DNA of 64,000 nt. Origin: an uncultured Acidobacteriaceae bacterium (GTDB lineage: Bacteria; Acidobacteriota; Terriglobia; Terriglobales; Acidobacteriaceae). Location: NCBI GenBank assembly GCA_963744155.1, contig CAVUSP010000011.1:265075-329074 (forward strand), in the 5' to 3' direction. Of this stretch, positions 9,866 through 19,876 are shown one piece after another. A program made the position numbers and the translations under genes. The number at the start of each line of letters is the position of its first letter. Within the stretch, counting starts at the first letter, position 1. The notes under the pieces were generated by a model. The model did not search any database and was not told where the DNA came from. It was given only the letters and a program-made list of their open reading frames with translations.

Positions 9866-9894
9866 AGTATCCGCACGGTGTCAAAAGTTGTCAA
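9866..9894 (-). promoter_or_regulatory. Sigma70-type promoter of the VOC gene
   Basis: TTGACA-17 nt-GATACT on the minus strand. Confidence 0.7.
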
Positions 9895-9924
9895 TTGAGA
9901 AAGCCGCGGCGCTACACGTTGTTT

Positions 9925-11181
9925 TCAGGCGGGCGTTGCGTGCGAGTCGGCGGTGGTTTGGACCGTGTCGAGGAGGGTAAGGAGGATTCGGCGGAGGGCG
10001 GATTCGCGGCCGGTGGGGTCGTACCACTCCTGGAGGGTGTGGATGCCTCCGCCGATGCCGCCGCCGCCGATGGCGATGGCCGGGATGCCACGGGAGAGTG
10101 GAATGTTGGCGTCGGTGGAGCCGAGGCGAGGTTCGGTGCGGAGGGTGAGGTGGCGATCGACGGCGCGGAGGGTGTGGAGGAGTGGGGAGTCGTCGGGGAG
10201 GGCGGCGGCGGGGCGGTTTCCGATGGTTTCGATGAGGAGTTTTGGTGGTTGAGTTGTGTTTTTTGGCGCGGGGGATGCGGTGACGATCTCGTCGAAGACC
10301 TGGTGGACGGCGGTGGCTGTGGTGATGAGCTGGGCGGGGTCGGTGGAGCGGATGTCGAGTAGCGCTGTGGCGGACTCGGGGATGGAGTTGATGGAGGTGC
10401 CGCCGGAGATGTGACCGACGTTGATCGTTGTGAGGGGGTCGGTGGGGAGTTTGAGGGTCGCGATCTGAGTGAGGGCATGGCTGAGAAGGAGGATTGGGTT
10501 GGGAACGCCGGCGTCGGTCCAGGAGTGGCCGCCGGGGCCGGTGATGGTGACGCGGAAGCGCAGGCTGCCGAGGGCTCGGGTGACGACGGCGGAGCTGCCG
10601 CTGCCTTCGAGCGCGATGGCGGCAGCGATGCGGGTGCGGTAAGGGCCGCGTTCGAAGAGGTGACGCATTCCGCGGAGGTCGCCTTCGCCCTCTTCGCCTA
10701 CATTGGCGGCGAAGAGGATGGGGATGGGAGGGGTGATGTTGGCGTAGCGAAGGGCGGCGGCGATGGCGAGGAGAGCGGTGAGGCCGGCGGCGTTGTCGCA
10801 GATGCCGGGGGCGGAGATGCGCGGACTGTCCTTTTCTTCGGTGGGGTCGATGGGGGTGTTGGCGGGGAAGACGGTGTCGAGGTGGGCGGAGAGGAGGATG
10901 CAGGGAACAGGGCTCAGGGTCCGGGGTTCAGGGCTCAGTTCGGCGAGGACGTTGCCGGCGTCGTCAAGGTGCGGGTTGGTGAGGCCTAGTTGGGCGAAGC
11001 GGTCGAGGAACCAGGCGGCGCGAGCGGATTCGCCGAAGGGTGGGGCGGGGATGCGAACGATTTCGAGTTGCCATTGGCGGAGCTGGGGCTGGTGAAGATG
11101 CAGCCAGTGAAAGGCGCGGTGGACGGCGGTGAGGGTGGCGAGGCGGGAGATGCGGCGCTGGGCGGAGGCGGTGGCGGTCAT
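9925..11181 (-). CDS. M20/M25/M40 family metallopeptidase
   Basis: SAHLDTVF, GICDNAAG, NVGEEGEG, GGHSW, GSTDAN and HT..EW motifs. Confidence 0.9.
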   Translation of the reverse strand: MTATASAQRRISRLATLTAVHRAFHWLHLHQPQLRQWQLEIVRIPAPPFGESARAAWFLDRFAQLGLTNPHLDDAGNVLAELSPEPRTLSPVPCILLSAHLDTVFPANTPIDPTEEKDSPRISAPGICDNAAGLTALLAIAAALRYANITPPIPILFAANVGEEGEGDLRGMRHLFERGPYRTRIAAAIALEGSGSSAVVTRALGSLRFRVTITGPGGHSWTDAGVPNPILLLSHALTQIATLKLPTDPLTTINVGHISGGTSINSIPESATALLDIRSTDPAQLITTATAVHQVFDEIVTASPAPKNTTQPPKLLIETIGNRPAAALPDDSPLLHTLRAVDRHLTLRTEPRLGSTDANIPLSRGIPAIAIGGGGIGGGIHTLQEWYDPTGRESALRRILLTLLDTVQTTADSHATPA

Positions 11182-11240
11182 CAGGCCACCTCTTTAGAGA
11201 GCGCGGTCATGTGGGCGAAGGGGGTCTCGCTTCGCTCGAT

Positions 11241-11284
11241 GCCCACCTTAGCGACGATAAAACCGTCGCGAAGATGGGGCACCC
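11241..11284. repeat. REP-like palindrome (..GATGGGGCACCC type)
   Basis: CCCACCTTAGCGACG-ataaaac-CGTCGCGAAGATGGGGCACCC hairpin; a degenerate relative lies at 12305-12335. Confidence 0.7.
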
Positions 11285-11305
11285 GGGGTTGTGCGAATGC
11301 GGGCA

Positions 11306-12172
11306 TCAGTACTCAACCTCGACGAGGAAGAGTCCGTTAGCGGGGGCGGTGGGGCCTGCGGCGCTGCGATTGCGCGCGGCGAGGATGCTGGGGATTGCGT
11401 CGGCGGAGATGCGGTTGGCGGCGGCTTCGACGAAGGTGCCGACGAGGTTGCGAACCATGTGGTGGAGGAAGCCTGAGCCGATGACTCGGTAGATGAAGAG
11501 GTCTTCTTGCTGGCGCCAGGCGGAGTGGAATATGGTGCGGATGTTGTCGGTGGGTTGAGTCGGGCTCTCGACTGCGGTGGCAACTGTGCTGCTTCCGAGC
11601 GAGATGACGTTTGCCTGGTGCGATTCGTTTGATGCAGTGCTTGGCTCTTCACTCGTTCGATTGCGGGTAGACTGGTCGGGGTCGTTCGCGGCGAAGGAGG
11701 TGAAGTCGTGGGTGCCGAGGATGTGAGCCGCGGCTTGCTGAAGAGTGGCGAGGTCGAGCGGGAAGCGGCAGGGCCAGACGTATGGGGCGAGCATGGGGGA
11801 GCAGATGCTGTCCTCTAAGCCGCAGCGGTAGATGCGGTACTCGTAGGTTTTGCGGAGTGCGTTGTAGCGGGCGTGGAAGTCTTCGGGGACGGCTTCGACG
11901 GAGAGGACGCGGATGCTTGGGGGAAGAGCGCGGTTGAGGGCGCGATGAAGATTGGCGGCGGGGATGGGTCCGGTGATGCTGAAGGTGGCAACCTGCGCGA
12001 GAGCGTGGACGCCGGCGTCGGTGCGGCCTGAGCCCTGAGGGAGGACGGTTTCGCCGGTGATGCGGTGGATGGCGTGAGCGAGGGTGCCCTGGATGGTGGG
12101 GAGGTTGGGCTGGACTTGCCAACCGTTGTAGGGGGTTCCGTCGTAGGCGAGAGTGAGCTTCCAGTGCGGCAT
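11306..12172 (-). CDS. truA: tRNA pseudouridine(38-40) synthase
   Basis: LAYDGTPYNGWQ, GSGRTDAGVHA, GTHDFTSF, GSGFLHHMVRNLVG and APANGLFL motifs. Confidence 0.95.
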   Translation of the reverse strand: MPHWKLTLAYDGTPYNGWQVQPNLPTIQGTLAHAIHRITGETVLPQGSGRTDAGVHALAQVATFSITGPIPAANLHRALNRALPPSIRVLSVEAVPEDFHARYNALRKTYEYRIYRCGLEDSICSPMLAPYVWPCRFPLDLATLQQAAAHILGTHDFTSFAANDPDQSTRNRTSEEPSTASNESHQANVISLGSSTVATAVESPTQPTDNIRTIFHSAWRQQEDLFIYRVIGSGFLHHMVRNLVGTFVEAAANRISADAIPSILAARNRSAAGPTAPANGLFLVEVEY

Positions 12173-12353
12173 GGGGCTGATTTGCACGGTATCACGGTGA
12201 ACCGCTTGACCGCGGATTCGCGCGGAGTGCGCGGATGAGGGACAAGCAACCGCAACCGCAGGTTTTCTTCGACAACCTCAAGGATAGGCTCATTGACGTC
12301 GTCGTTCGCAAGGTGCGCGATGGGTGGGACACACGAGCGTTTTGAGCGGATGA

Positions 12354-13256
12354 TTATTTGCCGGCGAGGAAGTCGCTGAAGACCTGGGTGAATTTGTCGG
12401 GCTCTTCGTAGAAGGGAAGGTGCCCGCTCTTTGCGAAGATGACGATCTTTGCGTTGGGGATCGCTTTGTAGGTCTTCCATGCAGTGAGCATGGCGACGTT
12501 CATGTCGAAGCGGCCGTGCATGACGAGCGTGGGAAAGTTGAATTTGGGCAGCTCGGGGTTGAGGTCGAGGCTTGCGATGGCTTTGTTGACGGCTGTGTTG
12601 ACGGCTGTGTTCTGTCCGGGGTCGGTGATGCCGGCGACGAAGCGGTCGTGATTCTCCTGGCTGTAGAAGAGCATGCTGAAGTAGTTGTCGAGGTGTTGCT
12701 TGGTGGCTTCGGGAGTCTTGCCGAGGGTTTTGGTGATCTCCTGATCTTTGGCGGCGACGTCGGGGAAGACCTGACTGAAGAGGAAGAGAGTTTGCTTCCA
12801 TGCAGGGGCGGCGGAGTCGATGAGGATGAGTTTTGAGATGTGCTCGGGGTGCGCGTCGGCGTATCCCATGGCGAGAAGGCCGCCCCAGGAGTGACCGATG
12901 AGGTCGAACTTCTGGAAGCCGAGTTTGGCGCGGATGGCTTCGAGGTCGGCGACCTGGGCGTCCATGTCTTGAGGTGCGTCGGGCTTGAGGAGTTTGGATT
13001 TGCCGTCGCCGCGCTGATCGTAGAAGACGACTTGCCGGCTGTGGGCAAGGCGAGAGGTGAAGACATCATTCTGCAAGAGGTAGGTATGAGAGAAGCCGGG
13101 GCCTCCGTTTGCGATGATCACTGGAGTTGCACTGCTGGGAGCGCCATAGACCTCATAGACGAGATCGACGTCGGCGGTGTGGACGATGCCTGATACGGGG
13201 GATTGTGCAGGGGCAAGAGCGGAGACGAACAGAATTGCGAAGAGACAACTGCGCAT
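12354..13256 (-). CDS. Secreted alpha/beta hydrolase (proline iminopeptidase-like)
   Basis: NGGPG, YDQRGDGKS, GHSWGG and SGHLPF motifs; signal peptide. Confidence 0.85.
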   Translation of the reverse strand: MRSCLFAILFVSALAPAQSPVSGIVHTADVDLVYEVYGAPSSATPVIIANGGPGFSHTYLLQNDVFTSRLAHSRQVVFYDQRGDGKSKLLKPDAPQDMDAQVADLEAIRAKLGFQKFDLIGHSWGGLLAMGYADAHPEHISKLILIDSAAPAWKQTLFLFSQVFPDVAAKDQEITKTLGKTPEATKQHLDNYFSMLFYSQENHDRFVAGITDPGQNTAVNTAVNKAIASLDLNPELPKFNFPTLVMHGRFDMNVAMLTAWKTYKAIPNAKIVIFAKSGHLPFYEEPDKFTQVFSDFLAGK

Positions 13257-13731
13257 GAATGGTCCTCTTGAAAGATGAGTTGCTGTCAATGATTCCTATA
13301 TTAGCTGGCGACTGATTCTCTTTGCTGAGGGTTGAGGGGCAAGAGGCTTGATGCGCAGGATTGCAGCGGTGGAACCAAGCTTGATGCCGTGGGAGACGGG
13401 GGCAGGGTAAGCGCAGAGGGTTGATATACTTAGTCCGTTACTCTCATTCGATATTTTTTGATGGATTGTTGGGAACGAAGCAACGGATCGGTGCGTATAT
13501 GTGCCTGAGCCAAAGCATTCAAGGCAATAGGAATGTAAAGGTCAGGAGCATCTTTTAGAGTCGTCGGGAAGGGGCTGCGCGTCTTAGTAAGCATTGCAAA
13601 AGCTGATGAGGGACCTGGGCCCTGAAGGTCGCATGGGTTCAGGCGAAGGTCTGAACTCGGGCGTTCGGCAGGCGAAACGGCATTGTCGGCAAATTGTTGA
13701 GAAGCATCAGGGAAGAGCTGGAGAGCGCATC

Positions 13732-15867
13732 GTGAGATTAAAAGATATGCAGGCGGCAGCGAGCATCGCACTGTTGCTGATGAGTATGTGCACGCAACCT
13801 GGAATGGCGCAGCAGACGAATCCACCGACACAAACACCGCCACAGGTAAGTCCGACGGCACCGGCGCCGCCGCAGGCCGTGCAGAACGATACGACGGGAC
13901 AGCGGGGATTGCCGCAGGCTCCGGCGCCGAAGCTAACCGAGCCTTTGTATCTGCGAGACACGGGCATCGATTATTCCAAGCCGAAGAGCCACATCTGGAA
14001 TCCGATTGCGCCGTATACGGCGACGGATGTTCCTTCGCCGCTACTGACGAATACGGACCGGCTGAAGTTGCTGTTGCGGGATGGCAAGATCTATCTGAGT
14101 TTGTCGGACGCGGTGGCGCTAGCGCTCGAGAATAACTACGACATTGCGATTGCACGTATTAACCTTGACATTGCTGATACGGATATCCTGCGCGCGAAGG
14201 CGGGATCGTTCCTCCGCGGCGTTTCGACTGGTCTGGTGACCAATACGCTGGGCGGATCGACATCGACGATTTTGACGGGCGGCGGACCAGGAGCGACCTC
14301 GGCCGGAACCGGCGGCGCGGGCGCGGGCGCGGGTGGACTGGTGACGAGCACGAATGGAGGCGGACCAACGCCTGAGTTTCGGGACCCAGTGCTGACAGGA
14401 ACCATATCGTATGAGCAACTGACCCAGCCACAGTTGAATACGCTGTTCAGCGGCGGCCAAGCGGTATTGAATACGAATACGGGTACCTACAATTTTCTTT
14501 ACAGCCAGGGCTTTGTGACCGGCACATCGTTCACGACGGGCTTCAATAACACGCGGGTGACGACCAACAATCCGTTCAGCAACTACAGCCCGTCGATCAC
14601 AGCGAACTTTCGAGCAACGGTGACCCAGCATTTGCTGCAAGGGTTTGGCCCGGGCGTGAATGGACGGTTCGTCCTCCAAGCGAAGAACGACCGACGGATT
14701 ACCGACTCATCGTTCCGGCAACAGGTACTCTACACGATGAACCAGGTAGAGTATGTCTACTGGGCGCTGGTGAGCGCGTACGAGGACGAGCAGGCGAAGG
14801 AACGGGCGTTAGCACAATCGACGCAATTGACGGCGGACAATCGCAAACAGCTGGAGATCGGTACGCTGGCTCCGCTGGATGTGGTGAACTCTGACAGCGC
14901 AGTGGCGACTGATAAGCAAGCGTTGGTGGCGTCGAAGACAAATCTGGAGTATCAGCAGTTGCTGATGAAACAGGCGGTTGCGCGGAACCTGAACGATCCG
15001 CAACTTGCGAATGCGCCAGTGATTCCTACCGACCGCGTGAGCCTGGAGAGGATACCGGAGGAGGACCTGTCGCCCGAAGACCTGGTGAAGCAGGCGTACG
15101 TGAATAATCCTCAGATTGAGCAGACTGTTCTGGCGCTGAAGAACAACGAGATCACGGTCAAGGCCTTCAAGAACGGCTTGCTGCCGACAGTGGATGCGTA
15201 TGCCTTCTATGGCGCAAACGCACTTGGCGGAGCGCAGAATCCCGTGGCCCTCAATTTCGACACTGGGAAGCCTTATGCCCCTGGAACTTTTCCTGAGGTC
15301 AGCTACGCTACGGCGTTTGGCAATCTGTTCAACGGCAGCGCTCCCGACAAGGGAGTGGGGGTGAACGTCAACGTTACGCTGCGTAATCGTACGGCGCAGG
15401 CAGACCAGGCGCGGTCTCAGATGGAAATGCGGCAGACGGAGATGCGGTTGCAGCAGCTTTACGCGCAGATTCGCATCCAGGTAATGAACCAGCAGTATGC
15501 GCTAACCAACGACAGGGCACAGGTCGGGGCGGCACAAGCGGCGCGGGACTATGCGGCGCAGAGCCTGGACGCGGAGGAGAAGAAGTACAAGCTGGGAGCT
15601 TCGACGACGACCAACGTGTTGCAGCAGGGAAGGAACCTGGCGGTCGCGGAAAATACACTGATCTCTGACGTAGCGGCGTATGCGAGGGACCGGTCGCTGT
15701 TGCATCAGCTTCTGGCGAACACTCTGGAGACGTATGGGATCAGTATCGTCAACGCGGCAACTGGGGTGGGGGGACAGACTCCGGTCATTCCCGGGTTGAC
15801 GGCGCCGAAGGCTCCAGAGCCGCCGAAGCCGATTTCGGTGACGCCGAATACGCCGCCGCAGCAGTAG
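13732..15867 (+). CDS. TolC family outer membrane efflux protein
   Basis: LSLSDAVALALENNYDI and EEKKYKLGAST outer-membrane efflux repeats; signal peptide. Start is 13732 or 13747. Confidence 0.85.
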   Translation: MRLKDMQAAASIALLLMSMCTQPGMAQQTNPPTQTPPQVSPTAPAPPQAVQNDTTGQRGLPQAPAPKLTEPLYLRDTGIDYSKPKSHIWNPIAPYTATDVPSPLLTNTDRLKLLLRDGKIYLSLSDAVALALENNYDIAIARINLDIADTDILRAKAGSFLRGVSTGLVTNTLGGSTSTILTGGGPGATSAGTGGAGAGAGGLVTSTNGGGPTPEFRDPVLTGTISYEQLTQPQLNTLFSGGQAVLNTNTGTYNFLYSQGFVTGTSFTTGFNNTRVTTNNPFSNYSPSITANFRATVTQHLLQGFGPGVNGRFVLQAKNDRRITDSSFRQQVLYTMNQVEYVYWALVSAYEDEQAKERALAQSTQLTADNRKQLEIGTLAPLDVVNSDSAVATDKQALVASKTNLEYQQLLMKQAVARNLNDPQLANAPVIPTDRVSLERIPEEDLSPEDLVKQAYVNNPQIEQTVLALKNNEITVKAFKNGLLPTVDAYAFYGANALGGAQNPVALNFDTGKPYAPGTFPEVSYATAFGNLFNGSAPDKGVGVNVNVTLRNRTAQADQARSQMEMRQTEMRLQQLYAQIRIQVMNQQYALTNDRAQVGAAQAARDYAAQSLDAEEKKYKLGASTTTNVLQQGRNLAVAENTLISDVAAYARDRSLLHQLLANTLETYGISIVNAATGVGGQTPVIPGLTAPKAPEPPKPISVTPNTPPQQ

Positions 15868-15886
15868 ATCGGTGAATCGTTCCTGA

Positions 15887-15923
15887 GAAGGGGTTCGGGC
15901 TTCGGCCCGGGCCCTTTGTTTTT
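15887..15923 (+). terminator. Intrinsic terminator
   Basis: GGGTTCGGGC-ttcg-GCCCGGGCCC followed by TTTGTTTTT. Confidence 0.85.
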
Positions 15924-16000
15924 GCTAAAGCGTGACCAGAGTAATGAGGGCAATGTTTTCGGGCGATTGGGATAGCGTGCGTGGACTAAACTGATGGTCT

Positions 16001-18167
16001 ATGAGTGACGAACAGGGTAAGGAGAAAGCTGGGGAGCATCTGAACTCTCTGGCAAGGGCGTCTTCGGCTTATTTGCGGTCCGCAATGCATCAGCCAGTGC
16101 AGTGGCAGGAGTGGGGCGAGGCGGCATTCGAAAAGGCAAAGATGGAGGACAAGCCGATCCTGCTGGATATCGGCGCGGTGTGGTGTCACTGGTGCCATGT
16201 GATGGATCGCGAGTCGTACGAGAGCGCGGCGACGGCGAAGATTATCAATGATCAATTTATTGCGGTGAAGGTGGACCGTGACGAGCGGCCGGATGTCGAC
16301 ACGCGGTATCAGGCGGCGGTGTCTGCCATTAGCGGACAGGGGGGCTGGCCGCTGACTGCGTTTTTGACTCCGGACGGGAAGCCGTTTTTTGGCGGGACTT
16401 ACTTTCCGCCGGCGGATCAGCACGGAAGACCAGGGTTTCAGCGTGTGCTGCTGACGATGGCGGAGGCGTTTCAGAAGCGGCGAGATGAGGTGAACGAGTC
16501 GGCCGTCAGTGTGATGGCGGCGATCGAGCATAACGAATCGTTTATGGGCAGGGCAGGGAATCCGGGGCCGGAGCTGGTGGCGAAGCTCGTGGAGTCGGCG
16601 CTGAAACAGTTTGATGCACGGTCGGGCGGGTTTGGATCGCAGCCGAAGTTTCCGCATTCGGGGGCGATCGATCTGTTGCTGGATACGGCGTCGCGCGTTT
16701 CGGTGGGCGGGACGGAGGGTGTTGGCGACGCGGCCAGGAACGCTGCGATGGTGACGCTGCAGAAGATGTCGAAGGGCGGGATCTACGACCATCTGGCGGG
16801 AGGATTTCATCGCTACTCGGTCGACGACCGGTGGGTGGTGCCGCACTTCGAGAAGATGGCGTATGACAACAGCGAGTTGCTGAAGAACTATGTGCACGCG
16901 TTCCAGACGTTCGTCGATCCGGAGGCCGCGCGGGTGGCGCGGGAGATGATCCGCTGGATGGACGAGTGGCTGAGCGACCGGGAGCTAGGTGGTTTCTATG
17001 CCTCGCAGGATGCGGATTTTTCGTTGGAGGATGACGGCGACTACTTTACGTGGACGCTCGATGAGGCGGCCGAGGTTTTGAATCCGGAAGAGATGGCGGT
17101 GGCGAGCGCGTACTACGACATCGGCGAGATCGGCGACATGCACCACAACCCGGCAAAGAATGTGCTGCATGTGCGTGGAACGCTGGAGGGTGTTGCGAAG
17201 GCAAATAAGATCGCCCTCGATGAGGCGAAGCAGAGGCTGGAGTCGGCCAAGGCAAAACTGTATGCGGCGAGGCTGAAGCGGCCTACACCTTATGTGGACA
17301 AGACGGTCTATGTGGGATGGAACGGGATGTGCATCTCGGCTTATCTTGAAGCGGGACGGGTGCTGGACTTGCCGGAGGTGCGGGCGTTTGCACTGAAGTC
17401 CCTGGATCGGGTGCTAGCCGAGGCGCGGGACTCGAAGACTGGACTCGGGCATGTGGTGGCTTATGGCGAGAATGCGGGCGATGGCGCGCAGGTGCCGGGG
17501 GTGCTGGACGACTATGTGTTTCTGGGGCATGCCGCGCTTGGACGCGTGGGAGATGACAGGCGAGATGCGGTACTACATCGCGGCGGAGTCGATCATGGAG
17601 AGCGCGCTGGCCCGGTTTTATGACACGACGGGATGCGGCTTCTTCGATACGGAGGCGGCGGCGAATGGCGAGGTGAGACTGGGAGCCCTGGTGACGCGGC
17701 GGAAGCCTTTGCAGGATTCGCCTACGCCGGCGGGCAATCCGGTGGCGGCCGCTTTGCTGTTGCGGCTCGAGGCTCTCAATGGACGCGAGGACTATGCGGT
17801 GAAGGCTTTGGAGACGATGGAGACCTTTGCCGGCGTGGTGGAGCACTTTGGGTTGTATGCCGCGAGCTATGGGCTGGCGCTGCAGAGGATGGTGCAGCGT
17901 GCGATACAGGTCTGTGTGATCGGGGACGATGTAACGGCGCGAAGGCTGGAGGCTGTCGCGCTGGCGCGGTATGCGGTGAACAAGAGCGTCATTCGTCTGC
18001 GACGGGACCAGCTTCAAGGGTTGCCGCGGACACTTGCCGAGACGCTGCCGCATCTGCCGGGACTGAAGGAGGAGGGAAGCTTCGCCGTGGTCTGCAATGG
18101 GAAGGGTTGCCTGCCGCCGGTGTCGACGGTGGATGGGTTGATTGAGGCGATGAACCAGTCGTTGTGA
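16001..18167 (+). CDS. YyaL/SPATA20-like thioredoxin-domain protein (frameshift near 17538)
   Basis: [25 protein letters not shown] and VPHFEKM motifs; C-terminus continues in the 17451..18167 frame. Confidence 0.88.
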
Positions 18168-18188
18168 GGATGGACGGGAAGAAGTTCG

Positions 18189-19085
18189 TCAGCGCCGGTG
18201 CGTGCCTGCGGCGATCTGCGCGAATCGCTTGACGATCGGCCGCGAATCTCCGATGACCCATGCCAACTCGATGGTGCTGACGATTTTCGCGCCGCGCAAG
18301 GGAAGGCACACGACCTCCGGTGAAGCGACGCGCGCGACACATGCGGGCGCAACAGAAACCCCTAAGCCGGCGCCGATGAGACTGAGAATGGTGAGCCAGT
18401 GCGATGCCTCCTGTGCGATGTGCGGACGAAATCCGTACTCCTCGAAGAGCGTCATCGGTTTTTCAAAGGCGCGGGCACCAGCGCTTCGCGGATAGTAGAT
18501 GAAGGGTTCATCGCGGAGCATTCCGGGCGAGATGCTTTTCTGCTTTGCTCTCGGATGAGTCGCTGGAAGCACGGCCACATAGGGCTCGGAGAAGATCGTC
18601 GTTATATTGAGGCCGTCGCTGGGGTCGCCGTCACGGAGAATGCCGGCGTCCAGCGTTCCGTTCTCCAGGCCTTCGACCACACGCGCAGTAAACGATTCGT
18701 AGAGTTGCAGGCGCACCTGCGGATAGGCTTCCCGATAGGCTTTGAAGATCCCGGGGAGCGTGGCCAACATTCCTGATCCGACAAACCCGATGTTGAGCGA
18801 ACCGACTTCGCCGCGGCCAATGCTGCGTGTCTCGTCCATATCGCGCTGGACGTTACGGAGGGTGCGGCGCGCGCGATCGAGGAAGTCTTCTCCAGCTTTG
18901 GTCAGGGTGACAGAGCGCGAGGTTCGAATGAAGAGGGCATAGCCGAGAATCTCCTCGAGCTTACGGATCTGCTGCGACAGGGGCGGTTGCGACAGATGCA
19001 GCCGTTCGGCTGCGCGACCGAAGTGCAGTTCCTCGGCGACCGCGACGAAATACCTCAGATGCCGAAGTTCGAGATCACGATCCAT
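18189..19085 (-). CDS. LysR family transcriptional regulator
   Basis: LRHLRYFVAVAEELHFGRAAERLHLSQPPLSQQIRKLE. Confidence 0.95.
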   Translation of the reverse strand: MDRDLELRHLRYFVAVAEELHFGRAAERLHLSQPPLSQQIRKLEEILGYALFIRTSRSVTLTKAGEDFLDRARRTLRNVQRDMDETRSIGRGEVGSLNIGFVGSGMLATLPGIFKAYREAYPQVRLQLYESFTARVVEGLENGTLDAGILRDGDPSDGLNITTIFSEPYVAVLPATHPRAKQKSISPGMLRDEPFIYYPRSAGARAFEKPMTLFEEYGFRPHIAQEASHWLTILSLIGAGLGVSVAPACVARVASPEVVCLPLRGAKIVSTIELAWVIGDSRPIVKRFAQIAAGTHRR

Positions 19086-19167
19086 ATGCCAAACATCATA
19101 ATCGAGGTGAACAAGATATTGGACGTCATGGAGCTATCGGGGCAGACTAGTGAATTAGAGGTGTCTT

Positions 19168-19693
19168 ATGCATTTGATTGCAGCAAGGCCCGCCAATGGC
19201 GAAGAATCCGTCAGCGTGCAGCCGACGATTGAGATTCGTCCGCTGCATTCCGGGTGAAGACTCGACTGCCTTTCGAACTTTGAATGAAGAGTGGATCATG
19301 CGCTACTTCACGCTTGAGGCCAAAGACCGGGAGACGCTGGGAGACCCCGAACGGACCATCCTGAGGAAGGGCGGTCATATCTTCATGGCCTATGCCGATG
19401 CCGAGCCGGTTGGGTGCGTCGCACTGATCCCGATGGAGGACGGGGTCTACGAACTCTCCAAGATGGCTGTCTCGCCGCGGTTGCGAGGGCTGGGCGTTGG
19501 GCGCAGACTGCTCGAGTACACGGTCGCGCGAGCCCGGCTTATAGGAGCACGATCGCTGTTTCTGGGCAGCAGCACGAAGTTGCCCAACGCGGTGCATCTC
19601 TACGAATCGATCGGATTCCGCCATGTGCCGCCGGAGAAGCTGCCACCGATGCATTACACGCGCGCCGATGTATTTATGGAGATGCCGCTGTAG
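19168..19693 (+). CDS. GNAT N-acetyltransferase (probable frameshift near 19246)
   Basis: YELSKMAVSPRLRGLGVGRRLL and NAVHLYESIGF motifs. The RBS-preceded ATG at 19168 is out of frame with the body. Divergent from the LysR gene. Confidence 0.82.
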
Positions 19694-19708
19694 TCGTTCT
19701 TCTTCGAA

Positions 19709-19876
19709 CTATGAACCGATCAACGGTTGCTGGGCCGGTGGGGCGGTGGGGTTGGGAGGCATGAGCTCTTCGATGACGCTGAGTTCGGGAGTCTTGACGA
19801 GGTGCCAGCCGTCGCAGTCGGTTCCCTGCGGGCCTCCCCACTTATAGTGTTTGGCAGATTCTGTGTTGATGATCAT
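19709..19876 (-). pseudogene. Truncated cupin gene fused in frame to a relic mscS 3' end
   Basis: Translates as MIINTESAKHYKWGGPQGTDCDGWHLVKTPELSVIEELMPP-NPTAPPAQQPLIGS*. Confidence 0.7.
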
